This document shows, piece by piece, positions 49,028 to 61,000 of a stretch of DNA of 64,000 bases. Made by a program: the position numbers and the translations under genes. Position 1 is the first letter of the stretch. Every line of letters begins with the position of its first letter. The stretch comes from an uncultured Rivularia sp. Lineage in GTDB: Bacteria; Cyanobacteriota; Cyanobacteriia; Cyanobacteriales; Nostocaceae. The stretch covers positions 4,992,001 to 5,056,000 of the forward strand of contig OY762007.1 in assembly GCA_963665115.1 (NCBI GenBank), in the 5' to 3' direction. Under the pieces are notes generated by a model. The model was given only the letters and a program-made list of their open reading frames with translations, searched no databases and was not told where the DNA came from.

Positions 49028-51935
49028 TCAAATCCCCAACATTGCATCAACTTGAATGTTAGGTAAGTCTGGAGGTATTACAGTACGTTGGATAGTAAAT
49101 TTATGACTTTCCTGTTGGGTGCTTCTATTTATCGCAACCGCTTCCAAACGAATTTCTAAACAACCGAAAGGAACGTTTAGTTTAGTTATGACTTCCAACT
49201 GTTTATTTTTATTAGGGGTTAAATTTGTCAGTAGGTGGGGGGCCATCGAGTAAATGCCTTATCTGACAATCTTCCATCCATAATTTAACGGCAAGATGAG
49301 AACTTCCCTCTGGTAGACGCACTCGCACGTTAAGCGATTTACCTGAAATAAGTTCCCCTTGCTGTATGTAAAGTTCGGGAGTCGGCAACTCTTCTAACTT
49401 TTGAGTACTTATTGTAAGTGCTGAGCTTAATGAATTTTCTGTCTTATTATCTATCGCTTCATCTGGTTCGGATTTTTCCGCAGTTAATATGTCATCTGCA
49501 AAAATATCTGTATCGTCTACTACTATTTCTTGAGCTATTTGAGTTGATGGTGCTGTTATTTGATTGACTTGCCACTGCGAAGAAGTGGAAATAGATATAT
49601 AAGGTGATGGTGTTGCTTGTATATCTATTTGTGCTTTTTCTGGGAATACCTGCGAATTGCGATCTGTTTGTGCGTTTGGACTTAAGGAAGCCTGCTGGTA
49701 AGAAATCTCTTGCCTCATCTCAATATCGTAGTCTTCGTACTCTACATCAATGGGTTCGGGAACAGAATATCCCTGGGAAAGCATCCACTGTCTAATTAAA
49801 GGAGAAGTATTGAGATTTTCTCCTGCAATCAATTCTGAATTGCGGGGGGTAACTGGTTCTTCAAATTCCTCTATATAGTCGTCTTTTTGTTCATCGACTA
49901 CCAATTCAGCTTGAGAACTATTGTCAGCTTGGAGCGATGTTTCAGCTATATTTTGAGTTTCAGCAACGGTGTATGTTGACTCCTCAGTTTCATAAATATC
50001 TTCATCAACTTCCACGCTAGTCTTAGGTGTTGCTTTTGATTTCCGTAAGAAGGGAAAACTAGTACCCGTAATCGCTGAACCAGACGAATCTATATATCCG
50101 TTATTAATGTACTCATCGATTTTCTCTTGATAGCCGGGGACGTTTGGCAATTTTAGTGGATGCGTTGCGACTCTCCTACGAAGCTTCCGAGGATCTATAC
50201 GGGGTGGAAGAGATTTTTTGATTGATGGTACCCCCGTTCCTGATTGTTCTTCTGGTTTAACTGTTTTTACTAAATTAAAAAGTTGTAAATCCAGGGATAC
50301 AGACTCTTCTACAATTTGAGATGCATTTTGGGCAAAATATTCCTCTGTGGAGCAAGCAAACTTTTCTAATTCACCTTTCGGATTGGCAACAGTAATTGCC
50401 AATAATTCTTTAATCTCTGCCGTAATTGTAAAAGGCTGGCTGGCTAATAACTCTACAACTCCCGACTGGGTAAGTACCCCATATAACTTCACCTCTCCGA
50501 GAATTAACTTAGAAGAACATTCTTCAGGAATATTAATTAAAGAGGCGATCGCAAATGGTAGCGATTTATTGGGGTTGGGTAGCCGAAAAGATTGTAATAG
50601 TTGAGAATTTTGTGGCGATCGCAATTCAATTTCTACTTCGGCGCTGGTAATCTGTGTAATTTGCCTTTCTGTTGTTTCTTTGAGTTGGACCACTCCTTCA
50701 AGTGTAATGGTACTTCCCCAACTAGCAACGTGGCTATTTTTATCTAAAGTCAGCAGTAACGGTAAAGGCGGTGGGGCTGCAACTGTATCTTCAATACTGT
50801 CATCGGGAAGCAAAGGTTCTTTATTCGGTAAAGCTAACTCCATCAAATTTTGTAAAATTTGCTCTGCTGTATCGCCTTTAATTCTTACCGGATTAGAATT
50901 TTGCTCGGCGATTACCTTCGGTAGAGCTATCTCTTTCAGAGAGGCTCCGCTAACGCTTAACGCTGTTACTTCTTTGCGATTGGGTTTTTGATTAACATCT
51001 TTTTTATTTGATTTTTTAACGGTTTTTTCGTTAACGTCTTTTTTGTTTGATGTTGCTTTAGATTTTTCTAACGATTCTTGGGGTGATTTTTTATTAACAG
51101 TTTTATTTGATGTAATGATGGATGCTGGCTGTTTTTGGGCTGATAAATTAACAGCTTTTTCCGGTACACCTTTAGCCTTTTCTGCTAACTCCTGGGTAGG
51201 AATTTCGCTAAGGGCTTTATTTCGCGTAGTTGAAACTTTTTGAGTAGATTTTCGAGGAGGCTTCTTAGTAACAGTTTTTTGTTTATCCGAAGCAGCTCTA
51301 AGCGACTCTCGTAACTTATCGGCAGGTTTTTCCTGAGAAGCTTTTTTACCAGTATTGGGGGGAGTGGAACTTAGTTTACCTGTAATGTTGCGACTAGAAC
51401 CTTTATTCGTAACTGCTTCTATAGAAATAGAAGATATTAATCCAGCATCGTTTGTTTTGAAATCCTTAGAGGAAACAGTGATTTTTGATTTAGTTTGATT
51501 TGTCTGTATATCCTCGCTGGCAACTTTATATTGCCGATCCGAATTATGGTTGGGTTTTTTTGGCGAAATTATCTTTCCTTCAACAGGAGAAGGTATAACT
51601 GCCAAATTAACAGTATATTGCCAGGAAGCACCAAGAAGATCTGACATTAAATCGCCAGAACATTGTAATTCCCAAATTCCCGACTTGAGATAAGTAAAGG
51701 GAATTATAGCCATTAACCCTTCTGAATTAACGCGCCGAATTCGTTTTTGAATGCGCCGTATGGGTGGAAGTTCCGATGGGGAAGAATGAGTTACCCGCAC
51801 CTCCACATCAGTATTAGTACGGTTAGAACGAGCAACTACTCGATACCGACCTTCTGTAATTTCTACATTTGGCTTCTTCAAAGGATGCCAAGTACGTTCG
51901 CCTTCTTTCTGTATCAGAAATTGCCACTGTTCCAT
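49028..51935 (-). CDS. Large conserved cyanobacterial hypothetical protein, split by a +1 frameshift at 49237-49242
   Basis: MEQWQFLIQKEG.R.W N-terminal domain; removing one base from the G6 run restores LLDGPHLLTNL...VPFGCLEIRLEAVAI...QQESHK. Confidence 0.75.
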
Positions 51936-52518
51936 TGTGAGTGATGTCTAAAACTGATAGCAGCCGTAGTATTATTTGCACTGTCTTGCTTGCAAGTTTA
52001 CCGTACTCAATCTGTAATTGGTTGCATAAAGTGTTGTTTTGATTAAAACACAATGCAGGCGCTGCCTTTAAGTGTAATTAGATTAACATTATAATCAGCG
52101 TTGTTGCTTCAAACTTATATTGAGTTGCGATTTTAGCAGTTTACTACAGCTCCATCTCAACTGCTTTTTTGCTCTCTTATATTAGTGTTATATTTCGTTA
52201 GCTGCTGAAGACTACGAATAAATTTAACTTGAAAACACGTGTGATGTTATTCGCCTGTTACAGTCTTAGCAATCTCTGTAATCTTGCTTTTGTTAAAATG
52301 TGTGACTGCTTACATTCGATTCAAAATTAAGCACAAGTCGCTAGGCAATAAATTATCGGATTTACGTCGGGGAGAACATCAATGCTATACCAACAATGCA
52401 AAATCCTCTCAACTTGAAAGAAGAGAGGTTAAGATTTATAGTCATTCCAATTAATTGACAAAGGTGGGAACCGAACAGATCCTTAGTATTCCACCACATT
52501 CATTACTAAAGGCTTAAA

Positions 52519-52575
52519 AGGTTTGTAGTAAGGGCTTTAGCCCTTAATTAGAGGACTGAAGTCCTTACTACAAAC
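52519..52575. repeat. REP-like palindrome
   Basis: GTTTGTAGTAAGGGCTTTAGCCCT...AGGACTGAAGTCCTTACTACAAAC. Confidence 0.75.
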
Positions 52576-52624
52576 TGGAAAGTTAAAATGAATGGACTTT
52601 GATAAAAGGCGGAAAAACTATATA

Positions 52625-52870
52625 TTACACATCATAACGATGTTGATAATAAGCCAGAATCTGCTTCACCCATTGTCTGGTTTGCGAACTAGAATTTGAA
52701 CCGTAATCAATCCATAAACCACCGATTTGGCTTTGATTGTAATCAAACTCTTGAGAAGTTTGTTCTATTAATCCCACTTCTATTCCTTCAACAGAACCTA
52801 AATGAGCCGCAATCTCGCGATAGACTGCCAAAGGTAAACCAGCAAATACAATCTTTTCCTTTGTCTCCAT
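52625..52870 (-). CDS. Conserved cyanobacterial hypothetical protein
   Basis: LPLAVYREIAAHL..VEG...FDYNQSQIGGL...QILAYY; 3 nt after the upstream gene. Confidence 0.8.
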   Translation of the reverse strand: METKEKIVFAGLPLAVYREIAAHLGSVEGIEVGLIEQTSQEFDYNQSQIGGLWIDYGSNSSSQTRQWVKQILAYYQHRYDV

Positions 52871-52873
52871 ATT

Positions 52874-53881
52874 TTAAGAAGCACCGACAGATGCAGATTT
52901 TGGTAACGATGGTAATGTCGAAACAGAATTTTCTGTTGAAGCCGTAGCTGGGCTTGCTCCCATAGGTACTTCTCCAACCATTCTGGCTACTTCAATACCA
53001 TATTGTTCCAGAATAACAACTGGTTCGGAACCTTCATTCATTTCAATTCTTTTAACAAGTAGTCCGCTTGCTAATCTTTGTCCCGCTTGAACGTAGCGGC
53101 TAGTCGGTTCGCTAGGTACTTTGATAATTGCTTGAGGTCGATTGCCTACTTGAATTACCCCCGAAACTAAAACAGCTTGAGCCAACTTAGGTTCTGGTGG
53201 TGGTGGTAATACAGGTGCAAGTTCTGGTGGCGGTACCACCCCAGGCATCTGTTGAGGCAAAACAGGTACCTTAGCAGGTACCTTGTTCGTTGCGATGCGA
53301 CCACCGTTAGAGCCAGGTTTGTTACCTGTTGATTGCTTATTTCTTGTGTTAGTTTGACCGGAATTAGAATTTATTGAATTTCTTCCGGCCGTTGTTGCAG
53401 AAATTACGGCACTCCTACGAGGTCTTACTGCAACTCTACGGGGTCTTACTGCAACCCCAGAAGATCCTCCTCTTGATGCAGTTCGTCTACTAGATGCCCC
53501 CGGTAAAGGAGGCAATTTAGGAACAGGCTGTTTTGGCTTATTCGCAGCAGTAGAGTCAGAGCCTTCAGGCTTTCGAGTCGGGAACTTTATAGGAGATATG
53601 ATCTCCTCAAACGGGTCTTTACGCCCTTTCGCGACTATACCTATTCGTTCTGTAGGATCGGTCGGTTGAATTAAACTCGAAGGTGCCGTATTCATAGTAG
53701 GTTGCTTCGGTGGCACAACCGGGTTTTTAAACTGTTCGGTTTTCTTGCCTTGGCTATTTTCTGCCGTTTCGGTGGGGATCGGAGCAACAGTAGTTGGTTC
53801 CTCTTCACCAGAACATCCGGCGATCGCCAAAGCTAAAATAGATGCAATAGATGCAATTGTGGTTTTTAAATGTCTACCCAT
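52874..53881 (-). CDS. Pro-rich lipoprotein with a PilP/GspC-like C-terminal beta domain (putative type IV pilus accessory)
   Basis: Lipobox IAGC; GRKDPF; VSGVIQVG..PQAIIKVP.E..SRYV..GQRL; downstream of sigF. Confidence 0.55.
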   Translation of the reverse strand: MGRHLKTTIASIASILALAIAGCSGEEEPTTVAPIPTETAENSQGKKTEQFKNPVVPPKQPTMNTAPSSLIQPTDPTERIGIVAKGRKDPFEEIISPIKFPTRKPEGSDSTAANKPKQPVPKLPPLPGASSRRTASRGGSSGVAVRPRRVAVRPRRSAVISATTAGRNSINSNSGQTNTRNKQSTGNKPGSNGGRIATNKVPAKVPVLPQQMPGVVPPPELAPVLPPPPEPKLAQAVLVSGVIQVGNRPQAIIKVPSEPTSRYVQAGQRLASGLLVKRIEMNEGSEPVVILEQYGIEVARMVGEVPMGASPATASTENSVSTLPSLPKSASVGAS

Positions 53882-54026
53882 TAGCCATTCTTAAGAGAAG
53901 ACGGAAAAATTTGCATAAGTGAAATCAATTTGATTGAAAGTTGTATCACAAGTGAAATCTGATACAGTTATAACCTAATTTTTTTCGGGTCAAGGATTAT
54001 TTTATACAACATGGTACAGATTTTGA

Positions 54027-54806
54027 TTAATCCTCTGTTGTTACCATCAGATGCTTGAGAGAATTAACTCCTTTTTTGACTCTACGAGAAACTGTAACTA
54101 CACTGATACCCAGCTTTTCAGCTACTTGCTTCTGCGTTAAATCATGTAAGAATACAAATTCTAAGACCTGACGGGTTCGATTTTCTAACTGAAGCAAGGC
54201 TTGTTGTAAGCGTAATTGATCTTCTTGCGCCAGCTGAAAACTGCGGTAACTATGGTCGGGAACCAGTTCTGCTAAACTAGCCGAACCTTCGTCTCCATCG
54301 TATACAGGCACATCTAAGCTTAAAGGAGCGCGATTTGCCCAAGCTAGTTTAATTTCCTGCCATTCTTCAAGAGAAATAGACAATGCTGCGGCTACTTCAG
54401 AGTCGGTCGGTTGACGATTATATTGCTCTCGTAAGGAACGAGAAACTCCTGCCGATTGCTGCTGTAGCGCCAACCAACGCCTCGGAATTCTAACAGTGAC
54501 ACCCTTATCACGGAGGTAATGCTGAATTTCACCGCGAATATAAGGAATCGCGAAGGAACTAAAGGCATGACCTTTGGAAATCTCAAATCTTTCGATAGCA
54601 CGAATTAAGCCCAGACAGCCTACTTGAAGTAAGTCATCGTAACTTTCGTGGCATTGATTTATCCAGTAGTAAGCCTCTTTTCTAACAAGTCCAAAATTAA
54701 GCTTTACCAGTTGATTCCGAACTTCGGCTGACTGAGATTGCTGATATTCTCGCAATAACTGCCAAATTTCTTGCTTAAGTTCTTTAGTGAGTAAGGTAGT
54801 AGGCAT
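54027..54806 (-). CDS. sigF: Group 3 RNA polymerase sigma factor SigF
   Basis: RNQLVKLNFGLVRKEA..W..QC.E.YDDLLQVG..GLIRAIERF; FSSFAIPYIRGEIQHYLRD; region 4 HTH. Confidence 0.88.
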   Translation of the reverse strand: MPTTLLTKELKQEIWQLLREYQQSQSAEVRNQLVKLNFGLVRKEAYYWINQCHESYDDLLQVGCLGLIRAIERFEISKGHAFSSFAIPYIRGEIQHYLRDKGVTVRIPRRWLALQQQSAGVSRSLREQYNRQPTDSEVAAALSISLEEWQEIKLAWANRAPLSLDVPVYDGDEGSASLAELVPDHSYRSFQLAQEDQLRLQQALLQLENRTRQVLEFVFLHDLTQKQVAEKLGISVVTVSRRVKKGVNSLKHLMVTTED

Positions 54807-55642
54807 AGCACCTTGATGATTTATAAAACAAATATTTAAACCAGAATGACCGTAAATATCTGGTGATGCACTTTTAAAGGCGTATTTATGTAGAAAACGC
54901 AGATGAACATATTCCTCCGTTCCGCAAGTATCAATAACGAGCGGCGATCGGATTATGGATCGGGTTGATTAAAAGGACGCGGCTGTTAAGGCAGCAGACT
55001 AATGCAATAGTACAAAAAGCGATTTTACAGCTTTGCTTATGTAGTCGCTAAAGGGTTCTATATAAAAAAATATACAAAAACACCCCCTAAGTGAAACCGA
55101 ATTATTACGTAATTTAGTTTTTTAAGGTTTTGGCTAAGTTATTGCTAAAAGCTACAGCAGTGTAATTAAGTAGATTCATAAATTAATAAATAAATAAGTT
55201 ATTTCAGAGAAAATACTTACTATAAAAAGTTTTAAATAAATCTCATAGCCGTACTTGTTATGCGGCATTAAATAGTTGTCAAAGAGGGAAAAGAAAGCAG
55301 GGAACTGGGAACAGAGAAAGACGACGGTATTGGTTTGTGAATTGATCGCTTTCTAAACTGATAATCCTTGTACGGCAGATATTACAGTCTCTTAGACCAA
55401 GGTTTTAATATGTTAGGTACTGAAGAAGCCGAATAAATAAAAATTTAAAATCTATATGTAGCACTACGTTTTCTAGTTAAAACATTTTTCTGTTCCCAAT
55501 TCCCGTTCCCCGTTCCCTTTCAAGCAAAACATGATGTCCTAACCTTCTTAGTGCGATAAAACTACGATCCAACAACAGATAATAATAGGTTTAGAGGGAA
55601 TAAAGAAAGAAGATGAATGAGAAATTAGCTTTATAAATCCAT

Positions 55643-55666
55643 AAAAAAAAGGGCTAAAAGCCCTTT
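55643..55666 (-). terminator. Intrinsic terminator after psbO
   Basis: Minus strand AAAGGGCT-TTT-AGCCCTTTTTTTT. Confidence 0.65.
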
Positions 55667-55734
55667 AAATTAATTAAATTGATCGGCAATTACTCTATCT
55701 AGAAGTAACTAAACAATACAGCAGATTAAAAAAA

Positions 55735-56574
55735 CTATGACACTGGTTCTACACGAGCGTAAAATAAGCCACGAACTTTTACATCTAAAGGTTCACCAGC
55801 GCCTAAATCGGTATCGGAAGGTTGATCGCTGACAAAAGTACCAGCAATTTCTCCACTTGCACTATCTACTTTGGCTACATTCAAAGAAATATGACCGTTA
55901 CCAGTTTCAACACTCTTCATATTCGCGCGTCTGAGTCTAATATCATCTGCTTGGGAAGGTAACGCAATTGCATTATCATAACCGCTAGCAACACCACGAC
56001 CTTTAGGATCTAAGAAAGTTGCACCACGATAAGAAGGTACTTTAAAATCTCCTTCAAAATCTGTTGAAGTATTAATGCTAGTTAAATTAGGTTGTGTTTG
56101 AGCAACCAAATCTTTCACAGTAAATAAGAAAGGAACCTGTTCCCCACCGGGAAGTTGTACGGTAATAGCTTGGAAATCAAAACCATCTTTCTCTTCAAAA
56201 GTCAAACTGCCATCTTGATTAACTTTCAAATCACCTTGAATTTGGTCGAGTGATGAAGTTTTACGAGTCAACTGTCTCCCACCAATAAATTCAGCTTCTT
56301 GTCTTTTGTTAAGAGGTTCTTCTTTAACAAAGAAGGCGGTAGGTTCAATGCAAAGTTCTTTAATTTCGTAAGAGCCGCTTGGATCGATGGCGATAGAACC
56401 ACGACTTGTTTCGGAAAGTAGAGGACATTTGTTAGCTAAACCAGTACCTCTAATATCTTCGTAAGTAAGTAAATCTCTACTATCACCAGTAGCCATATCT
56501 GAACCTTGGCTACAAGCTGTTAGTAAGCCCAACATTACAGCCATTAATCCAGCTACTAAAGCGCGATACTTCAT
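55735..56574 (-). CDS. psbO: PSII manganese-stabilising protein
   Basis: LTYEDIRGTGLANKCP, VPSYRGATFLDPKGRG, QPSDTDLGA. Confidence 0.98.
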   Translation of the reverse strand: MKYRALVAGLMAVMLGLLTACSQGSDMATGDSRDLLTYEDIRGTGLANKCPLLSETSRGSIAIDPSGSYEIKELCIEPTAFFVKEEPLNKRQEAEFIGGRQLTRKTSSLDQIQGDLKVNQDGSLTFEEKDGFDFQAITVQLPGGEQVPFLFTVKDLVAQTQPNLTSINTSTDFEGDFKVPSYRGATFLDPKGRGVASGYDNAIALPSQADDIRLRRANMKSVETGNGHISLNVAKVDSASGEIAGTFVSDQPSDTDLGAGEPLDVKVRGLFYARVEPVS

Positions 56575-57563
56575 AATTAACCTCAATGTCAAAAATTAAT
56601 ATTTTCAGTTATTAAACCAAAAAAACGATTACGTAGTTAAACGTTTTCAATTATCAAGCTTAGAGTTCGCACTCCAACTTGTATACATTGCCATTCTTAA
56701 GTCTCTCAAAATATTGGTGGCGCAACATCCACCTTATTCGAGACAAGCAACCGTCAAAAAATATAAGGCCAAAAATAATTTGTGACCCTTACTTTTAAAA
56801 CGAAAAATCTCATCAACAACTTTATACGGTCAGATGAAAGGTGAAAGATTTAACAGTTGGACAAACATTTAACTAACTTTTATATAACATCCCAACCACC
56901 ATCTTGATAAGATGCCTGTAATAGACCATCGCAAGTACGCTTTCTATTTTATTATTCACATTTAGCTAATTAAAGCCAACAGGACTCCGGCAAAGTAATG
57001 TTTTTTATAGTTGTGTTATGACAGAAATTTTTTATAGTTCTCCTTGATTCATCGTAAGTTATGAAATTTTTTATTGAGTCAATATCATTCTCTCACAACT
57101 TTGTAAATTAATGTTCTGCCGACACATAGAATATGTATTGCAACCTACATTTGATAGTGGCTCAATTCTCAGATGCATATAATTATCTACCATTTATACA
57201 AATATTTACATTACTATAAAATTTTTAACGATTAGATAGAAAGAAATTGGATTGTGTGGATTATTTTGTAAATTAGGGGTTGACAAAGTGGCAGCTATAT
57301 ATTTTCTTTAATTCCATTTTTATACTAAATGACTTTAAGTCAAATATGTTTAAAAATGTTAAGAGAACTTTTACCCAAACTTAACCTAACTTAAAGCTGT
57401 AGCTTGATTGGAGTCAGCGGAGGCATAGTTTGTCCAAAATATTGAAGCTCAATCTTTTTAAAATGCTTCTAAATTGGGATTTAACTGTGCCATTGCTATA
57501 GTTAACCAAAGTTATGGTTTGTCTTTAATCCAAAAGATCGGAGTTAAATAATTAATAAATATT

Positions 57564-57875
57564 ATGAGCAACGGTAAAAGTCCCGATTCAGATAAGTTAT
57601 CTTACAAATTGCAAGAAGTTACAGACTCAATTCACGAATACTCTGCCATTTCTCAAGGAGATATTTTAGCAATTTTGGCATTGCTTAGGCAGTTAGAACA
57701 ATTGCATCGAGAAGTTAGAGACGGTATTTTTCAAGAAAGTTTACCATCAAATCGTCAAGCGCTATACTCACTTTTAAAAGATATTGAAGCAGAAGGAGGA
57801 TGGCCCTACATTGAGCGGATGAGGATTCAAGATCTGATGCTGAATTTGGAAAACATTGACGAAGAAAATAGTTGA
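57564..57875 (+). CDS. Conserved cyanobacterial hypothetical protein
   Basis: LLRQLEQLHRE.RD..FQ.SLP.NRQ.LY.LL.DIE..GGWPYIERM. Confidence 0.8.
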   Translation: MSNGKSPDSDKLSYKLQEVTDSIHEYSAISQGDILAILALLRQLEQLHREVRDGIFQESLPSNRQALYSLLKDIEAEGGWPYIERMRIQDLMLNLENIDEENS

Positions 57876-57916
57876 AAAGTACTAAGCTTCTTTTCTTTTG
57901 TTTAAACGTAATTTTC

Positions 57917-58050
57917 TCTACCTCTACTCCCAACTCCCAACTCCCAACTCCTAACTCCCAACTCCCAACTCCTAACTCCTAACTCTCTACTCTCTACTCT
58001 CTACTCTCTACTCTCTACTCCCAACTCCCAACTCCCAACTCCCAACTCCC
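57917..58050. repeat. Heptamer STRR array (CCAACTC / CTAACTC / CTACTCT)
   Basis: Direct tandem repeats abutting the stop codon of the WD40 gene. Confidence 0.95.
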
Positions 58051-61000
58051 TCAACTAATTCCCTGGCAAAGGTTGCGATCGCTTCCTTCGACGTTGCGAT
58101 TGTACTGGAGGTAATCACCTACCCAGTGACAACCCTTTGCTAGTAGATTTTTAAGATCTAAATTCCATAGAACGATTGTATTGTCGTCGCTTGCGGATGC
58201 TAAAGTTTGACCATCCGGGCTAAAGCTAACGTCTAACACGGGAGCCTGATGTTCGCTGAGGGTTTTGATTAATTTACCTTCAGTACTCCAAAGTTTGACA
58301 GTGCTATCCCAACTAGCAGCAGCCAAAATTTCTCCATTGGGGCTGAAGGTAACAGCACTAACGCTATCGCCATAGCCTTTCAATAAAGTTTTCAATAAAC
58401 TGCCATCCCAACGCCATAATCTAACAGTATTGTCCCAACTAGCAGAAGCAAGCAAGTTATAGCTAGGGCTAAAGCTGACACCTAATACCCAACCGGAATG
58501 AGGTAAAAATGTTTTTAATAACACACCATCTCGTTTCCACAATTTCACGGTTTGATCGTCGGAACCGGAGGCCAAAACTTGAGAATCAGTGCTGAAACGG
58601 ACGCTATTTACCCTTCCTTGATGCCCTTTTAAAGTTTTAAGCAGTTTACCTTGTTGATTCCATAGTTTTACCGTTTGATCTTTACTGGCAGATGCCAGCA
58701 ATTCCCCATCAGGGCTAAAACTAATACTCGTTACGCTGTCATTGTGTCCCTGAAGAGTTTTGATTAATTGACCGTCTCGCTGCCAAAGTTTTATAGTTTT
58801 GTCGTAACCTGCTGATGCTAATGTTTTGCCATTGGGGTGAAAACTAACGCTTGCAACTCTATCGGAATGTCCTAATAAAGTCTTATAAAGACGGGTATCA
58901 AATCCAGTATTCTTTGGTTGCCTCTTCCACAGTTTTACGGTATTATCGCGGCTGCTAGAAGCTAAAATTTGACCATCAGGACTCCAAGCAACACTTAAAA
59001 CCCGGTCTGAATGTCCTTCTAAAACGGGTAATTTAGGAGGATTTAAACTCCACAGTTTGACGCTTTTGTCATAACTTGCCGAGGCCAATAATTTATTATC
59101 GGGGCTGAATGAAACGCTGACTACAGCATCGCTATGACCTTTAAAAGTTTTAAGTAACTTACCGCTACTAACATCAATTAGATTAATCGTATTGTCATCT
59201 CCTGCGGAAGCCAGTTTTTCGCCTTTAGAATCAAAATTTAAACTCCAAACTGTACCTTTATGCTGCTCTAGATTTTTATACGGACGGTATGTGAAGCCAG
59301 TTTCACCATCTTTTTGCTCGCGTCGCCAAAGTTTAACAATGCCATTTCGACCAGCAGAAGCCAATATTTTACCGTCTGGGCTAAAGTTAACAACAGTTAT
59401 TCCTTCTTGATGACCGGGCAAAGTAGTTAATAAAGTGCCATCCTTACTCCATATTTTCACGGTATTGTCATCGCTGGCTGAAGCAATAAACTGACCGTCA
59501 GGACTGAAAGTTACCCAATTAATCCAACCTTGATGTCCCTCAAGAGTTTTCAATAATTTACCGTCGCTACGCCAAATTCTCACAGTTTCATCTTTACTGC
59601 CAGTAACCAATAATTTGCCATCGGGACTAAAGCTAACTTTATCAACCCAATCGGAATGACCTAAAGTTGTTACAGGTTGCCAATCAAATTCTCCCGTTGT
59701 GGGATTTTTGCGCCAGATTTTTACAGTATTATCGCGACTAGCAGAAGCCAGCAAACTACCATCAGGACTAAAAGTCAAACTGGTAATGCTTTCGTCATGT
59801 CCTTTTAAAGTTTGTAATAAACTGCCATCAGTACGCCAAATTTTTACGCTTTTGTCGCGACTTCCCGAGGCTAATAACTTTCCATCGGGACTAAAATTGA
59901 CATCCCAAACAATATCTTTATGTCCCTCTAAACGGTTAACTTCCGTCACTCCGTAGACAGCTTGTTGTAAAGCCGTGACGACTCGCATCCGCGTATCCGG
60001 GCCGATTCCATGTCCGTTTTTAAGCTTTCTCCAAGCACGCAAACTTTCAACCAAAGCATCAAATTCTTTATTGGAAGCAAACAAAGCTTCAGAAGCGGCA
60101 GTTAGGGCACCAATTTTAAAGTTATTTTCGCTACGTTCGGCGCGTAAACTTTGGCTGATTGCAGCCTTCTTTTGCAAATCCGCTTGCCACCACAAACCGC
60201 CAATTGTGGCAGACATTACCGCTAAAGCAAAGCCAGCCAAACGAGCTTCTCGCAGACGTTTTTGAAGGATGGAATTTAACTTTTCTTGGGATAATTTTTG
60301 AGCAACTTCTGCTTTCGTTTTTTCAAAACGGATTTTTTCTAGTTCGGCAATGATTCCATAGTCATTACGAACGCGAATTGGTTTAACTAAATAATCGTGA
60401 ACTAACTGGTAACGTTCACCTGACTCTTGCAGTACTCGCAACACCAAACCGCTTCCCACAAGGATTTCTAATATTAGCTCTAAGGTACTAACATTGTAGG
60501 AATGGATAAAGTCTTCTTGGATTTCTCGATCGTTTCCTACCTCATATTGCTTGCTGGGTTGTTTTAAAGCTTTGGAAAAAGCAGAATCAATATTTTGATT
60601 GATATTAATTAAAAAATTCTCTGCTTGATTTTTTTCTTCTTGCTCATATGCATCTTCTTGTCTGAAAATAGCGGTAACTAATTCAGCCTTGGTCTTAAGA
60701 GGTCGCGTACCTTTTTCATCGGTTAATTCAAAAAGTAATTTCCAGCTTAATTCTTCGTTTTCTTGACCGCAATCGTAAATTACTTTTTCTAACCAATGTT
60801 GAACTAATTTTTCAGAACCACCGCTGCGCTGATATTCTCCTAATGTCGTAATATTTTGTGCTTCTAATTGAGCGCCGACAATTTGTAATTCTATTGGATG
60901 TACTTGATGGGTTTCCCCTGCCAAATCTTCTACTAATTTATCAATTAATTCATCGCTCAATTGATAATGAGAGCGTTCTGTAAGGCTGTGGATAATACTA

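Noticed and set aside
55245..55565. Possible sRNA between sigF and psbO
   Set aside because: Inverted GGGAAC/GTTCCC heptamer tracts and degenerate termini look like a decayed MITE; nothing else supports an RNA gene
56600..57560. ~1 kb intergenic region upstream of psbO
   Set aside because: AT-rich divergent promoter region; I found no ORF, repeat or structure I can support
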